Positions 45,975 to 55,800 of a DNA stretch of 64,000 nucleotides are shown in pieces (within the stretch, counting starts at the first letter, position 1; every line of letters starts with the position of its first letter). The stretch covers positions 7,891 to 71,890 of the forward strand of contig JBAZJZ010000001.1 in assembly GCA_041650995.1 (NCBI GenBank). Direction: 5' to 3'. Position numbers and translations under genes: made by a program. This stretch comes from Patescibacteria group bacterium (GTDB lineage: Bacteria; Patescibacteriota; Patescibacteriia; XYB2-FULL-38-15). Below the pieces are notes generated by a model, which saw only the letters and a list, made by a program, of their open reading frames with translations, was not told the origin of the DNA and did not search any database.

Positions 45975-47600
45975 ATGACCAAGTTTATTTTTGTCGTGGG
46001 CGGAGTGATGTCCGGGGTAGGAAAGGGCACGGCCGCTGCTTCTATCGGAAAAATTTTGCAGGGTAAAGGTTTTAGGGTGACGGCGGTGAAAATTGATCCT
46101 TACATTAATGTTGATGCCGGCACCATGAATCCAGTTGAGCATGGAGAGGTTTTTGTAACTGAGGACGGCGATGAAACGGATCAGGACATAGGAAATTACG
46201 AAAGATTTTTAGACACGAACATTTATTCGGACAACTACATGACCACTGGCCGGGTTTATCAGACGGTTATCCAAAAAGAAAGAAATTTGGAATATGGCGG
46301 ACGGTGCGTGGAAGTCGTTCCCCACGTTCCGGAAGAAGTAATTAGAAGAATTCGCCGAGCGGCAAAAATTGCTAAAGCAGATTTTGTAATTGTGGAAGTT
46401 GGCGGGACAGTCGGTGAATATCAAAATGTTTTATTCTTGGAAGCAGCAAGAATGCTTCATCAGCGGCGTCCGGACGACGTCCTTTTTGTTTTAGTGAGCT
46501 ATTTACCGATTCCGTCAAAAATTGGTGAGATGAAAACCAAGCCTACTCAGCAGGCGGCTCAACTTCTAAACGCCGCCGGGATCCAACCGGATTTTATTTT
46601 GTGCCGCGCCGAGCAGCAGATTGACGAGCCGAGAAAAAGAAAAATTTCAATTTTTTGCAACGTGGATAAGCGCGATATTATTTCCGCGCCGGATATAGAT
46701 TCAATTTACGAAGTGCCACTTAATTTTGAAAAAGAACAGTTGGGGCAGAGAATTCTTTCAAAATTTTATATGCGCGCGCGGCAAAAGGATTTAGTAGAAT
46801 GGAAAAAGCTTGTCAAAACCATAAAAACAGCTAAGGGCGAGGTGCGAGTTGGCGTTGTGGGAAAATATTTTACCACAGGAAATTTTGTTTTGTCTGACGC
46901 CTACATCTCCGTGATTGAGGCAATAAAGCACGCGGCTTGGGCGCATAACCGTAAGCCGGTTTTGACCTGGTTAAATTCTGAAGAGTATGAAAAAGATCCG
47001 TCAAAACTTAAAGAATTAAAAAGTCTTGACGGAATAATCGTGCCGGGCGGTTTTGGTTCGCGCGGCGTGGAAGGAAAGATAAAAGCGATTCAATATTGTC
47101 GAGAAAATAAAATTCCTTATTTTGGATTATGTTACGGTATGCAAATGGCAGTGGTAGAATTTGCGAGAAATATTTGTGGTCTTGCAGACGCTAACACGGC
47201 GGAAATTAATCCAAAAACGACGAATCCGATTATTCATATTATGGAAAATCAAAGTGATTTGGTGAAAAATAAAAAATACGGCGGGACGATGCGACTTGGC
47301 GCGTACCCTTGCATTTTAAATAAAAAATCTTTGAGTTATAAAGCTTACGGCCAAAAAAATATTTCTGAACGCCATCGCCACCGCTACGAATTTAATAATA
47401 CTTATCGTGAACAATTTGAAAAAGCAGGGCTTGTGATTGCCGGTGCGTCGCCAGACAATAGTTTGGTAGAGATAATTGAAGTGAAGGATCATCCATTCTT
47501 CGTTGGAGTGCAATTTCATCCCGAGTTTAAATCTCGCCCGCTAAATCCACATCCGCTTTTTAAAGAATTTATTTCTGCCTGTTTAAAGTCTCGCGGATAA
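45975..47600 (+). CDS. pyrG: CTP synthase
   Basis: FIFVVGGVMSGVGKGTAAASIGKIL...; a GATase domain with GLCYGMQ; 541 aa. Confidence 0.95.
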   Translation: MTKFIFVVGGVMSGVGKGTAAASIGKILQGKGFRVTAVKIDPYINVDAGTMNPVEHGEVFVTEDGDETDQDIGNYERFLDTNIYSDNYMTTGRVYQTVIQKERNLEYGGRCVEVVPHVPEEVIRRIRRAAKIAKADFVIVEVGGTVGEYQNVLFLEAARMLHQRRPDDVLFVLVSYLPIPSKIGEMKTKPTQQAAQLLNAAGIQPDFILCRAEQQIDEPRKRKISIFCNVDKRDIISAPDIDSIYEVPLNFEKEQLGQRILSKFYMRARQKDLVEWKKLVKTIKTAKGEVRVGVVGKYFTTGNFVLSDAYISVIEAIKHAAWAHNRKPVLTWLNSEEYEKDPSKLKELKSLDGIIVPGGFGSRGVEGKIKAIQYCRENKIPYFGLCYGMQMAVVEFARNICGLADANTAEINPKTTNPIIHIMENQSDLVKNKKYGGTMRLGAYPCILNKKSLSYKAYGQKNISERHRHRYEFNNTYREQFEKAGLVIAGASPDNSLVEIIEVKDHPFFVGVQFHPEFKSRPLNPHPLFKEFISACLKSRG

Positions 47601-47635
47601 AATATTACCCCATATTATAATTTTATTTTAGATCC

Positions 47636-48448
47636 ATGAAGCGTATTATTTTTCCAATATTAGCAATTTTATTTCTTTCCGGCTGTTTAATACAACAGCC
47701 GACTGTTGTTAATAAAAATATTTCTGGTAATCAAAATAGTGTTAGTCCGCCCGCGGTTAACTTAGCCTCAAATGTAAATCAAGAAAATAATGAGCTGGCC
47801 AACGCGAATACTAACACTAATACTAATATTAATAATGAAACGCCGGCAGTCGTTTTGCCTGTTAAATTTGATCTCAAAGTTCCTTTCGCCTCTCAAGCTC
47901 CTCAGGGTGATTGGAGTATGCCATACCAGGAAGCCTGTGAAGAAGCTTCAATGATTATGGTGGCGCGGTATTTCAAAAATGAAAAATTGGACAATAATAT
48001 AATGGCAGAGGAAATTTTGAAGTTAGCGCAATGGGAAGAGGATAATGGCTATCCGATAGATTTAACTGCCGAGCAGACAGCCGAGGTTCTCCAGAAATAT
48101 TTTGGACTTAAGGCGACCCTCAACAAAATGGTTTCGGAAGCGGAGATAAAGAAACAATTGATCGCGGGAAATTTGATTATTGTTCCTTTGGCCGGACGAG
48201 ACATTGGCAATCCTTATTACACTCAACCCGGGCCGCTTTATCACATGCTTTTGATTCGCGGCTTTGACGAAGATGAATTTATTACAAACGACCCTGGAAC
48301 AAAACGCGGTGAGGCATATCGTTATAAATATGGTGATCTGCTTTGGGCAGTACACGATTGGGTAGGCGGTGATCGAGAGTTTCATGATCCCAGGCCAGAG
48401 CCGGATATGCGGACTGGGGAGCGAATAATGATAGTTGTAGAAAAATAA
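47636..48448 (+). CDS. lipoprotein with a C39-like (papain-fold) peptidase domain
   Basis: It has a lipobox (FLSGC) and then FASQAPQGDWSMPYQEACEEASMIMVARYF, which resembles the Peptidase_C39_2 / BtrH-like Cys-containing segment. Confidence 0.4.
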   Translation: MKRIIFPILAILFLSGCLIQQPTVVNKNISGNQNSVSPPAVNLASNVNQENNELANANTNTNTNINNETPAVVLPVKFDLKVPFASQAPQGDWSMPYQEACEEASMIMVARYFKNEKLDNNIMAEEILKLAQWEEDNGYPIDLTAEQTAEVLQKYFGLKATLNKMVSEAEIKKQLIAGNLIIVPLAGRDIGNPYYTQPGPLYHMLLIRGFDEDEFITNDPGTKRGEAYRYKYGDLLWAVHDWVGGDREFHDPRPEPDMRTGERIMIVVEK

Positions 48449-48516
48449 AGGGTATTCGACCTTTGTTGATTGTGCTCACCGTCCCGCAGTACTGCGGGAT
48501 CTCACTCGCTTATCAA

Positions 48517-48547
48517 TAAAAAAAAACAAAAGAAGGCTACTCCAGCC
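48517..48547. terminator. bidirectional hairpin terminator between the convergent lipoprotein and rpmA genes
   Basis: AAAGAAGGCTactccAGCCTTCTTTTA. Confidence 0.6.
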
Positions 48548-48580
48548 TTCTTTTAATGTTAATGGAATCTTTTCTATTTT

Positions 48581-48865
48581 TTACGCTTTCTTGGGGAGGA
48601 CATTCACGATTTTGGTCAGACGTAAATGTCCATCAAATTTTGTTTTCTTCTTCGTAGCGAATTTGACCATACCGTCAGCAACTGAATACAAAGTATCATC
48701 ACTGCCGCGCCGGACATTTTGTCCGGGATGAATTTTTGTGCCGCGTTGGCGGACTAAAATACAGCCGGGATGGGCCATCTGGCCTTCGGTCATTTTTACG
48801 CCTAATCTTTGAGCTTGTGAATCGCGGCCTAAACTAGTAGAACCGCCTGCTTTTTTATGAGCCAT
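48581..48865 (-). CDS. rpmA: 50S ribosomal protein L27 (true start at MAHKK; the ORF-track N-terminal extension derives from tandem repeats)
   Basis: [24 protein letters not shown]...[16 protein letters not shown] is the L27 signature. Confidence 0.9.
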   Translation of the reverse strand: MAHKKAGGSTSLGRDSQAQRLGVKMTEGQMAHPGCILVRQRGTKIHPGQNVRRGSDDTLYSVADGMVKFATKKKTKFDGHLRLTKIVNVLPKKA

Positions 48866-48867
48866 AT

Positions 48868-48925
48868 TTTTTAGCCGATAAGCTAATAAGCTGGTAAGCC
48901 GATAAGCTAATAAGCTGGTAAATTG
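48868..48925. repeat. 2.3 tandem copies of a 24-bp unit (GCCGATAAGCTAATAAGCTGGTAA), heptad-structured, in the rpmA leader
   Basis: agccgataagctaataagctggtaagccgataagctaataagctggtaaattgataag, immediately 5' of the rpmA start. Confidence 0.8.
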
Positions 48926-49071
48926 ATAAGTTTCAGATGTTTTATATGTTATCAAAGAGTTTTTAGGCTGTCAACCTTATTTTAGGTCTACCCTTGAATT
49001 TAAAAGATAAATGAGATATAATTGAAAAATAGATTAAAGATTTTTGGTTAAAAAATAAACAAAATAAATAT

Positions 49072-49293
49072 ATGAAAACAGAATCTTTCAGAATGGCTTT
49101 TGAGACAGAGAAGGACATTACATGGATGGTAGTTATTGAAGAATTGTTTAAACATCTAAAGGGTGAATCAGACGTTGAAAAAAGGAAAAATATTGAGGAT
49201 GAAATCAGAGAGCAGTTAAAGAGATATCGAAGAGAGTTTGGCAAAACAGCGGTCGAGCCTTATTATGAAGAATTAAAAAAATTTAAAAAGTAG
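49072..49293 (+). CDS. hypothetical small charged protein (73 aa)
   Basis: Complete ORF upstream of nifU; no motif. Confidence 0.3.
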   Translation: MKTESFRMAFETEKDITWMVVIEELFKHLKGESDVEKRKNIEDEIREQLKRYRREFGKTAVEPYYEELKKFKK

Positions 49294-49300
49294 CAGTTTT

Positions 49301-49696
49301 ATGTCTCAAATTATGTATTCAAAGGAAGTTATAAAACATTTTAAAACTCCGCATAATCAAGGGGTGATTAAAAATCCGACGGTTGTCGGAGAGTCGGGAA
49401 ACCCTCTCTGCGGTGATATGATGAAATTATATTTAAAAATTGATAAGAAAAAAGTCGGCGGGAAAATAGTTGATTATATTAAAGACATTAAATTTGAAAC
49501 TCTGGGTTGCGCCGCGGCCATTGCCACGTCGTCCATGATTACTGATTTAGTAAAGGGAAAGGAAGTAGAAGAAGCAGCCAAGGTGACGAAAGCCAATATA
49601 GCCGATTCATTGGGCGGTCTGCCGCCAATAAAGTTACACTGCTCGGTTTTGGCGGTTGAGGCCCTGCATGACGCGATTAAAAAATTAAATAAATAA
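49301..49696 (+). CDS. nifU: Fe-S cluster assembly scaffold protein (IscU/SufU/NifU N-domain)
   Basis: It has the three conserved Cys ([27 protein letters not shown]) and [11 protein letters not shown]. Confidence 0.8.
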   Translation: MSQIMYSKEVIKHFKTPHNQGVIKNPTVVGESGNPLCGDMMKLYLKIDKKKVGGKIVDYIKDIKFETLGCAAAIATSSMITDLVKGKEVEEAAKVTKANIADSLGGLPPIKLHCSVLAVEALHDAIKKLNK

Positions 49697-49700
49697 ATTT

Positions 49701-49925
49701 ATGAAAAATAAAGTTAAAAAAATTTTAGACGAAATACGGCCGGCTCTTCAAGCTGATGGAGGAGATGTGGAATTAGTTGATGTCGATGAAAAAACCGGCG
49801 TGGTGAAAGTTAAACTTGTTGGTGCTTGTCATCATTGCCCAATGGCGGCGATGACCCTTGAGCAGGGAATCGCGAGAGTCTTGAAAGCAAAAATTAAAGA
49901 AGTGAAAGAAGTGCAAGCGGTGTAA
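49701..49925 (+). CDS. NifU C-terminal (Nfu-like) domain protein
   Basis: [42 protein letters not shown] carries the CxxC Nfu motif. Confidence 0.7.
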   Translation: MKNKVKKILDEIRPALQADGGDVELVDVDEKTGVVKVKLVGACHHCPMAAMTLEQGIARVLKAKIKEVKEVQAV

Positions 49926-49929
49926 ATTT

Positions 49930-51129
49930 ATGAAGCGAATATATTTTGATCATTCGGCTACGACGTCAGTTGACCCGCAAGTTTTGCGGGCGATGTTGCC
50001 GTATCTAAAAAATAATTTTGGCAACGCGTCGTCGCTTCATTTTTTTGGTCAAAAAGCGCGAATCGGGGTCGAAAAAGCGCGGGAGCAAGTGGCAAAATTT
50101 TTGTCTTGCAAATCTAAGGAAATTATTTTTACTTCTGGAGGGACAGAAAGTAATAATCTGGCGATAGTTGGTTTTGTCCGTCGGGCGCGCGCGCTTGATC
50201 CGAAAAGAAAAATTCACGTAATCACTTCGGCGATTGAACATCCGGCGGTTTTTGAGGTTTGTCGCGAATTAAAAAAAGAAGAAGTTGAAGTTACATATTT
50301 GCCTGTCAGTCGCAAGGGAATAGTAAAATTGGAAGATTTCAAAAAGGCAATTCAGCCAGAAACGATTTTAGTTTCCATAATGTATGTTAATAATGAAGTC
50401 GGCACAATCCAGCCGATACAAGAAATTAGCCGGATTGTCAAAGAGGTAAACGCCGGTCGCGGTAATGAAGACAAAATTTATTTTCATACCGACGCGGTTC
50501 AGGCGGTAAATTTTTGTAATTGCCGAGTTGATTTTTTGGGAGTTGATATGTTATCTTTTTCGGCACACAAAATTTACGGACCAAAGGGAACGGGTATTCT
50601 TTTTGTGCGAGAAGGCACGCCACTTTTCCCAATTATTTTTGGTGGCCATCAGGAACGGGGGATCCGCTCCGGGACGGAAAATGTCGCGGGGATAGTTGGG
50701 CTTGGCAAGGCAGTGGAACGATTGAGTGAAAAGTTAAAAGTTAAAAGTGAAAATTTAAGGATAAAAAAATTGCGTGATAAATTGGTAAAGGGAGTTTTAC
50801 AAAAGATTCCCGGCGTAATTTTTAACGGTGATTTAAAACAGCGTGTACCGGGAAATATTAATTTCTGTTTCAAAAATGTAGAGGGTGAGAGTATTTTATT
50901 GATGCTTGACATGGAAGGCATCGCCATCTCTACTGGTTCAGCTTGCTCTTCCGGATCGCTTGAGCCGTCGCACGTCCTTTCCGCCATGGGAATTTCTCCA
51001 GAGATTTCTCACGGAAGCGTGCGCATCACTTTAGGAAAAAACAATACCGAAGAAGAAGTGCGCCGCTTAATTAAAGTATTGCCTGGCATTGTGGCGAAAT
51101 TACGCGAGATGTCGCCCATCAAAAACTAG
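49930..51129 (+). CDS. nifS: cysteine desulfurase (NifS/IscS type)
   Basis: IYFDHSATTSVDPQVLRAMLPYL; a PLP lysine region (SFSAHKIYGPKG); catalytic Cys (STGSACSSG). An in-frame AAGTTAA heptad block lies at 50727-50755. Confidence 0.9.
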   Translation: MKRIYFDHSATTSVDPQVLRAMLPYLKNNFGNASSLHFFGQKARIGVEKAREQVAKFLSCKSKEIIFTSGGTESNNLAIVGFVRRARALDPKRKIHVITSAIEHPAVFEVCRELKKEEVEVTYLPVSRKGIVKLEDFKKAIQPETILVSIMYVNNEVGTIQPIQEISRIVKEVNAGRGNEDKIYFHTDAVQAVNFCNCRVDFLGVDMLSFSAHKIYGPKGTGILFVREGTPLFPIIFGGHQERGIRSGTENVAGIVGLGKAVERLSEKLKVKSENLRIKKLRDKLVKGVLQKIPGVIFNGDLKQRVPGNINFCFKNVEGESILLMLDMEGIAISTGSACSSGSLEPSHVLSAMGISPEISHGSVRITLGKNNTEEEVRRLIKVLPGIVAKLREMSPIKN

Positions 51130-51141
51130 ATTGCCTTTCAA

Positions 51142-51534
51142 ATGATTTTTTTCATCGCCATTAAAAATTTTTTCAGACTTTTCACCGTCCTTATTTTTAA
51201 AGACGGATTTTTTAGATTACTATTTTTTTTCTCGCTGGCGGTGAATTTATTTATTTGGGGTTTTCTTTATTTAAAATTTTCTCCACTTCGGGCGCTGGGA
51301 GAAAATTTTCCCCTGCATTATAATATTTATTTTGGAGTTGATTTTATTGGCAGGTGGTACGAAATATTTATTATGCCGCTTATCGGTACTTTTTTTATCG
51401 CCATCAATTTTATTTTGGCGGATATAATTTATTTAAGAGATAAAATCACAAGTTATTTCTTGACGGGAGCCGGCGCTTTTATTCAAATTTTACTTCTTTT
51501 AGCCGCTTATTCGGTCGTTATGATTAATCAATGA
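51142..51534 (+). CDS. hypothetical integral membrane protein (130 aa)
   Basis: Four hydrophobic helices; no motif. Confidence 0.35.
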   Translation: MIFFIAIKNFFRLFTVLIFKDGFFRLLFFFSLAVNLFIWGFLYLKFSPLRALGENFPLHYNIYFGVDFIGRWYEIFIMPLIGTFFIAINFILADIIYLRDKITSYFLTGAGAFIQILLLLAAYSVVMINQ

Positions 51535-51537
51535 AAT

Positions 51538-52587
51538 ATGGACAATTTTTCAATCATTAAAATTTTTATTCTCACGACTTTTTCGTTTATCATGGCTATG
51601 TCCTGGACACCGGCTCTGACTTATTTTTTGTTTAAATATAAATTGGGCAAGCAAATCAGGGATGAAAAATCGGCGCCGATAATGTCGGCGCTCCATAAAG
51701 CGAAATCCGGCACGCCGACCATGGGCGGAGTTTTAATTTGGGTTACAGTTTTAGTTTTAGCTTTGTTGGTTTTTTATCTTGGGGAGTGGACGGGCTCGGA
51801 GTTGCTAAAAAAATTTAATTTTTTAACGCGTTCTCAAACGCTTTTACCTTTGGGGGCGCTCGTCGCTTCGGCAATAGTTGGTTTAGTTGATGACTATTTA
51901 AACGCGCGGAGAATTGGACCGAACGGCGGGGGTTTTAGAATGCGCCACAGGCTTTTGATGTATACCTTGATCGCAGCGGTTGGCGCGTGGTGGTTTTATT
52001 TTAAACTTGATTGGGATTTTATCCACGTTCCTTTTTTAGGAAGTTTTTCTATCGGATGGTGGTATATTCCTATTTTTATTTTTATAATTGTCGCGACATC
52101 TTTTTCAGTAAACGAAAGCGACGGTCTGGATGGTCTGGCCGGGGGACTGCTTTTAGCCGCTTTTGCCGCATATGGCGCGATTGCTTTTTCTCAGGGGAAA
52201 ATGGATTTAGCTGCTTTTTGCGGCGTGATTGCCGGGTCTCTCCTGGCTTTTCTTTGGTTTAACATCAACCCCGCTAGATTTTTTATGGGTGATACAGGGG
52301 CGATGTCGCTCGGCGTGACGCTTGGCATCGTGGCTATGCTTACGAATTCAGTTTTACTTTTACCAATCATCGGATTTTTGTTCGCAGTAGAATCAATTTC
52401 CGTGATTATTCAAATTATTTCCAAAAAAATTAGAAGAAAAAAGGTTTTTCTTTCAACCCCCCTCCATCATCACCTCGAGGCTATTGGTTGGCCCGAGCCC
52501 AAAATTGTTATGCGCTTCTGGGTCATTGCCGGAGTGATGGCAGTCGTGGGTTTTATTATTTCGCTCATGGATGTTGGCTTGGGATAA
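51538..52587 (+). CDS. mraY: phospho-N-acetylmuramoyl-pentapeptide transferase
   Basis: It has DDYLNARR, NESDGLDGLAGG and HHHLE motifs. Confidence 0.9.
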   Translation: MDNFSIIKIFILTTFSFIMAMSWTPALTYFLFKYKLGKQIRDEKSAPIMSALHKAKSGTPTMGGVLIWVTVLVLALLVFYLGEWTGSELLKKFNFLTRSQTLLPLGALVASAIVGLVDDYLNARRIGPNGGGFRMRHRLLMYTLIAAVGAWWFYFKLDWDFIHVPFLGSFSIGWWYIPIFIFIIVATSFSVNESDGLDGLAGGLLLAAFAAYGAIAFSQGKMDLAAFCGVIAGSLLAFLWFNINPARFFMGDTGAMSLGVTLGIVAMLTNSVLLLPIIGFLFAVESISVIIQIISKKIRRKKVFLSTPLHHHLEAIGWPEPKIVMRFWVIAGVMAVVGFIISLMDVGLG

Positions 52588-52611
52588 AAAGTGATTTATG
52601 TTTTTTAAAGT

Positions 52612-53709
52612 ATGAAAAAACCGGATTACGTTTTTATTGGGATTATTGGTGCGCTTTTAGTTTTCGGTTTGATGATGCTTTCGTCGGCGAGTTCGCCGGC
52701 AGCTTATGAAAAGTTCGATGATAATTATTGGTATTTGAAACACCAAGTTTTTTTTGGTTTGTTGCCTGGCCTTGGCGCATTTTTTTTAATGTCGCGTTTG
52801 GATTACAGAAAATGGAAAAAGTACGCATTGCCCTTTTTGGTTATTTCTGTCGTGCTCCTGCTTTTAGTTTTTATTCCAGGCCTCGGCGCCGGCTATGGAA
52901 AAGCTAAAAGTTGGATAAATATTTTGGGCATGTCGCTCCAGCCGTCGGAAATAGTTAAATTAACTTTTTTAATTTATCTCGCGGCTTGGCTTGGTCCAAA
53001 ACGCGGCGGGCGGGATATGCAAGAAGCGGGCGCGAGTTTTATTCCTTTTATAGTGGTTTTTGGCATCATAGCTATTTTAATGATTTTACAGCCGGACATC
53101 GGCACTCTTTCCGTTATCGCGATAATTTCGGTAATTGTTTATTTTTCCGCCGGAGCGCCTCTTTTACACCTTGCCTGGATTTCCGGAGCGGGGGCGTTTT
53201 TATTTTTTCTTTTGGTAAAACTTGCTCCATATCGAACTGCGCGTTTAACGACTTTTTTACATCCAGAACTTGATCCGCAGGGAGTCGGTTATCATATCAA
53301 TCAGGCATTGCTCGCGATTGGCTCGGGCGGGTTTTTCGGATTGGGTTTGGGTCTTTCGCGACAAAAATTTCAATATCTTCCCGAAGTGGCCGGTGATTCC
53401 ATTTTTGCCGTCATGGCCGAAGAGTTGGGTTTTATTTTTATGATTTTATTTGTCGCGGCGTTGGTGGGTTTGGCGATTCGCGGATTTAAAATTGCCAAAA
53501 ACGCTCCGGATGGTTTTGGCCGGTTGCTCGCGATTGGTATTACGAGTTGGTTTGTTTTACAATCATTTATAAATATTGGGGCAATGCTTGGAATTTTGCC
53601 CTTGACCGGAATTCCTTTGCCTTTTGTAAGTTATGGCGGCACGGCGCTTACGGTTTGTCTTGCCGCAGCGGGAATTATGGCAAATATTTCAAAATATTCT
53701 AGGGAATAA
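52612..53709 (+). CDS. ftsW: FtsW/RodA/SpoVE family peptidoglycan glycosyltransferase
   Basis: It is a 10-TM SEDS protein with SEIVKLTFLIYLAAWL...PLPFVSYGGTA. Confidence 0.85.
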   Translation: MKKPDYVFIGIIGALLVFGLMMLSSASSPAAYEKFDDNYWYLKHQVFFGLLPGLGAFFLMSRLDYRKWKKYALPFLVISVVLLLLVFIPGLGAGYGKAKSWINILGMSLQPSEIVKLTFLIYLAAWLGPKRGGRDMQEAGASFIPFIVVFGIIAILMILQPDIGTLSVIAIISVIVYFSAGAPLLHLAWISGAGAFLFFLLVKLAPYRTARLTTFLHPELDPQGVGYHINQALLAIGSGGFFGLGLGLSRQKFQYLPEVAGDSIFAVMAEELGFIFMILFVAALVGLAIRGFKIAKNAPDGFGRLLAIGITSWFVLQSFINIGAMLGILPLTGIPLPFVSYGGTALTVCLAAAGIMANISKYSRE

Positions 53710-53713
53710 TTTT

Positions 53714-54784
53714 ATGAAAATAATTTTGGCTGGTGGAGGGACAATGGGGTCGGTAACGCCGCTACTGGCTGTGGCCGAAGAATTGCAAAAACGCACACCC
53801 GACGCGGAATTTTTGTGGATTGGAACAAAGAATGGTCCGGAGAAAAAAGTTGTTGAGGTTTATAACATTAAATTCATAAGTGTGCCGGCGGGAAAATTAC
53901 GCCGATATTTTTCCGGTTGGAATTTTTTAATGCCATTTTTGATTGCGGCGGGATTTTTCAAATCTCTTCGGTTGATTTTAAAATTCAAGCCGCAGATGAT
54001 TTTGTCGGCCGGCGGGTTTGTTGCCGTACCTGTTATTTGGGCCGGCTGGGTTTTGCGCGTGCCGAGTTTAGTTCATCAGCAAGATGTTCGGCCAGGTTTG
54101 GCAAATAAACTGACGGCGCGATTTGCAAAAATTATTACTGTAACATTTTCGGAATCTTTAAAATATTTTCCCCGCGCCATTGTGACGGGAAACCCGGTGC
54201 GTCCGGAAATTTTTTCCGGAAATAAAGATCGCGCCGCAGAAATTTTTAATTTAGAGAAAAATATTCCGGTAATTTTAATCTTAGGAGGTGGGACAGGTGC
54301 GTTTAGTTTGAATAAAATCGTCGTGGCTGCCGCGCTTCGTCTTGCCGAATTTTGTCAGGTTGTTCACATGACCGGAGGAAGAGTTGATGTGCCGCTGCAA
54401 TCGAAAATAGAAACAATAAAAAGAGAAACTGCTCGCTATCATTCAGTGGAGTTTTTGATGAAAGATTATTCTGACACCCTTGCCGTAGCGGATCTCGTGA
54501 TTTCCCGCGCAGGATTAGGAACATTATCTGAGCTTGCTATGCTCGGTAAACCAACAGTGCTTATCCCAATCCCTGGCAGTCACCAAGAAGATAACGCCTA
54601 TTATTTTAAAAAACAAAATGCTGTTGTTATTTGGAACGAACGGAATATTACGCCGGAAAATTTTTCTGAAGCAATCCGCGAACTGTTAAACAATAAAGTA
54701 GAATTAGAAAGCTTGGGCAGAAATATTAAAAAGATAATGCCAATTGATGCGGCAAAGAAGATGGCTGACGAAATTTTAAGATAA
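53714..54784 (+). CDS. murG: undecaprenyldiphospho-muramoylpentapeptide beta-N-acetylglucosaminyltransferase
   Basis: MKIILAGGGTMGSVTPLLAVAEEL...; the C-terminal domain has GGTGAFSLN...SRAGLGTLSELAMLGKPTVLIP. The ORF track's upstream extension is ignored. Confidence 0.85.
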   Translation: MKIILAGGGTMGSVTPLLAVAEELQKRTPDAEFLWIGTKNGPEKKVVEVYNIKFISVPAGKLRRYFSGWNFLMPFLIAAGFFKSLRLILKFKPQMILSAGGFVAVPVIWAGWVLRVPSLVHQQDVRPGLANKLTARFAKIITVTFSESLKYFPRAIVTGNPVRPEIFSGNKDRAAEIFNLEKNIPVILILGGGTGAFSLNKIVVAAALRLAEFCQVVHMTGGRVDVPLQSKIETIKRETARYHSVEFLMKDYSDTLAVADLVISRAGLGTLSELAMLGKPTVLIPIPGSHQEDNAYYFKKQNAVVIWNERNITPENFSEAIRELLNNKVELESLGRNIKKIMPIDAAKKMADEILR

Positions 54785-54866
54785 AAAGTATTACTTTTTG
54801 TTATCCACGCTCGTTCGGAAATGAAATTAAAATTTCATTTCTCTCACTCGCTTGATAATAAAAAAA

Positions 54867-54917
54867 CAAGGACAGAATTTTGTGAAACCTTTCCTCCCGG
54901 AGGGTTTTTCTGTCCTT
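54867..54917 (-). terminator. rho-independent terminator of the GGDEF gene (minus strand)
   Basis: On the minus strand it reads CAAGGACAGAAaaaccctccgggaggaaaggtttcacaaaaTTCTGTCCTTG followed by TTTTTTTATT. Confidence 0.6.
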
Positions 54918-54926
54918 GAGGTTCTT

Positions 54927-55607
54927 CTAGCGCTTGACGGCGACCACGCGGTTGCGGCCCCCACGCTTCGCGCGGTACATCATCATGTCGGCTGCGTGGA
55001 TCAGGGGAGCCGAGAGTTCGGGGCGATACCATTCAGCCACGCCGATGCTGATTGTGACAGGGATCTCGTGTTCAGCGCAGTCGAAGGGTTTGTCGGCTAC
55101 CGCCTTGCGTAGCCGTTCTGCCGCGATCGCGGCTTGTTCCAGAGTGTTGTTGCGGAGAACTCCGAGAAATTCTTCGCCGCCGTGCCTGCCGATGACATCG
55201 TAGTCTCGCAGGGTTTCGCGGAAACGTTTCGCCAGTTCGACGAGGACGGCGTCCCCGACTTCGTGGCCGAGTTCGTCGTTGACGGCCTTGAAGTGGTCAA
55301 CGTCGACAAAGAGAACCGAGAGAGGCGTGCCGTAGCGCCGGGCGTAAGCTACTTCTGCTTCGACGGTTTCGTCGATGCGGTAGCGGTTGGGCAGGCCGGT
55401 CAGAGGGTCGGTCCCGACCATCTCTTGAAGGTCGGTATTTTTGGACCGAAGTGTTTCGTTCTCATCAAAGAGTCTTCCGTTTTCTGCCCGAAGACTCCGG
55501 ATCAACGCCTCGTCCTCCGCGAGTGCTTCGTATGCCGCTGCAAGAGCGATCCACAGCTGCCGCGGCTTGAGTTTCCCGAATTGGTCAAAAACCCACTCAA
55601 GATTCAT
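54927..55607 (-). CDS. GGDEF-domain diguanylate cyclase (GGEEF active site) with an N-terminal coiled coil; GC-rich (~58-60 %GC) foreign-composition gene
   Basis: DPLTGLPNRYRIDE...LFVDVDHFKAVNDELGHEVGD...RHGGEEFLGVL...ISIGVAEW is the complete GGDEF signature. It has an RBS (GGGAGG) and a consensus promoter on the minus strand (see next feature). Confidence 0.85.
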   Translation of the reverse strand: MNLEWVFDQFGKLKPRQLWIALAAAYEALAEDEALIRSLRAENGRLFDENETLRSKNTDLQEMVGTDPLTGLPNRYRIDETVEAEVAYARRYGTPLSVLFVDVDHFKAVNDELGHEVGDAVLVELAKRFRETLRDYDVIGRHGGEEFLGVLRNNTLEQAAIAAERLRKAVADKPFDCAEHEIPVTISIGVAEWYRPELSAPLIHAADMMMYRAKRGGRNRVVAVKR

Positions 55608-55634
55608 GATTACCTCCCTCTGCTGTTATCTATC

Positions 55635-55663
55635 GCAACTTTTTATTTTAGGATAAAGTATTG
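55635..55663 (-). promoter_or_regulatory. sigma70 consensus promoter (TTGACA-N17-TAAAAT) driving the GGDEF gene
   Basis: On the minus strand: TTGACA aaaccaatactttatcc TAAAAT, then ...GGGAGGtaatc ATG. Confidence 0.5.
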
Positions 55664-55727
55664 GTTTTGTCAAGATAAAATAAAACCTCTCAATCTAAGG
55701 TTTTATTGAATTTAAGGAAATAAAAAA

Positions 55728-55800
55728 TGACCCGGCTGGGGCTCGAACCCAGGACCCTCTGCTTAAAAGGCAGATGCTCTACCAGCTGAGCTACCGGGTC
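55728..55800 (-). tRNA. tRNA-Lys (anticodon UUU)
   Basis: The reverse complement GACCCGGTAGCTCAGCTGGTAGAGCATCTGCCTTTTAAGCAGAGGGTCCTGGGTTCGAGCCCCAGCCGGGTCA folds into a canonical cloverleaf: 7-bp acceptor, 4-bp D stem, 5-bp anticodon stem with loop CTTTTAA, and a 5-bp T stem with TTCGAGC loop. Confidence 0.85.

Noticed and set aside
48581-48955. Full ORF-track call for rpmA (124 aa) and for the Cys-rich protein (45076..45537, 153 aa)
   Set aside because: The N-terminal extensions are translated from tandem repeats or from upstream non-coding sequence. Homology and length support the downstream Met starts at 48865 and 45345.
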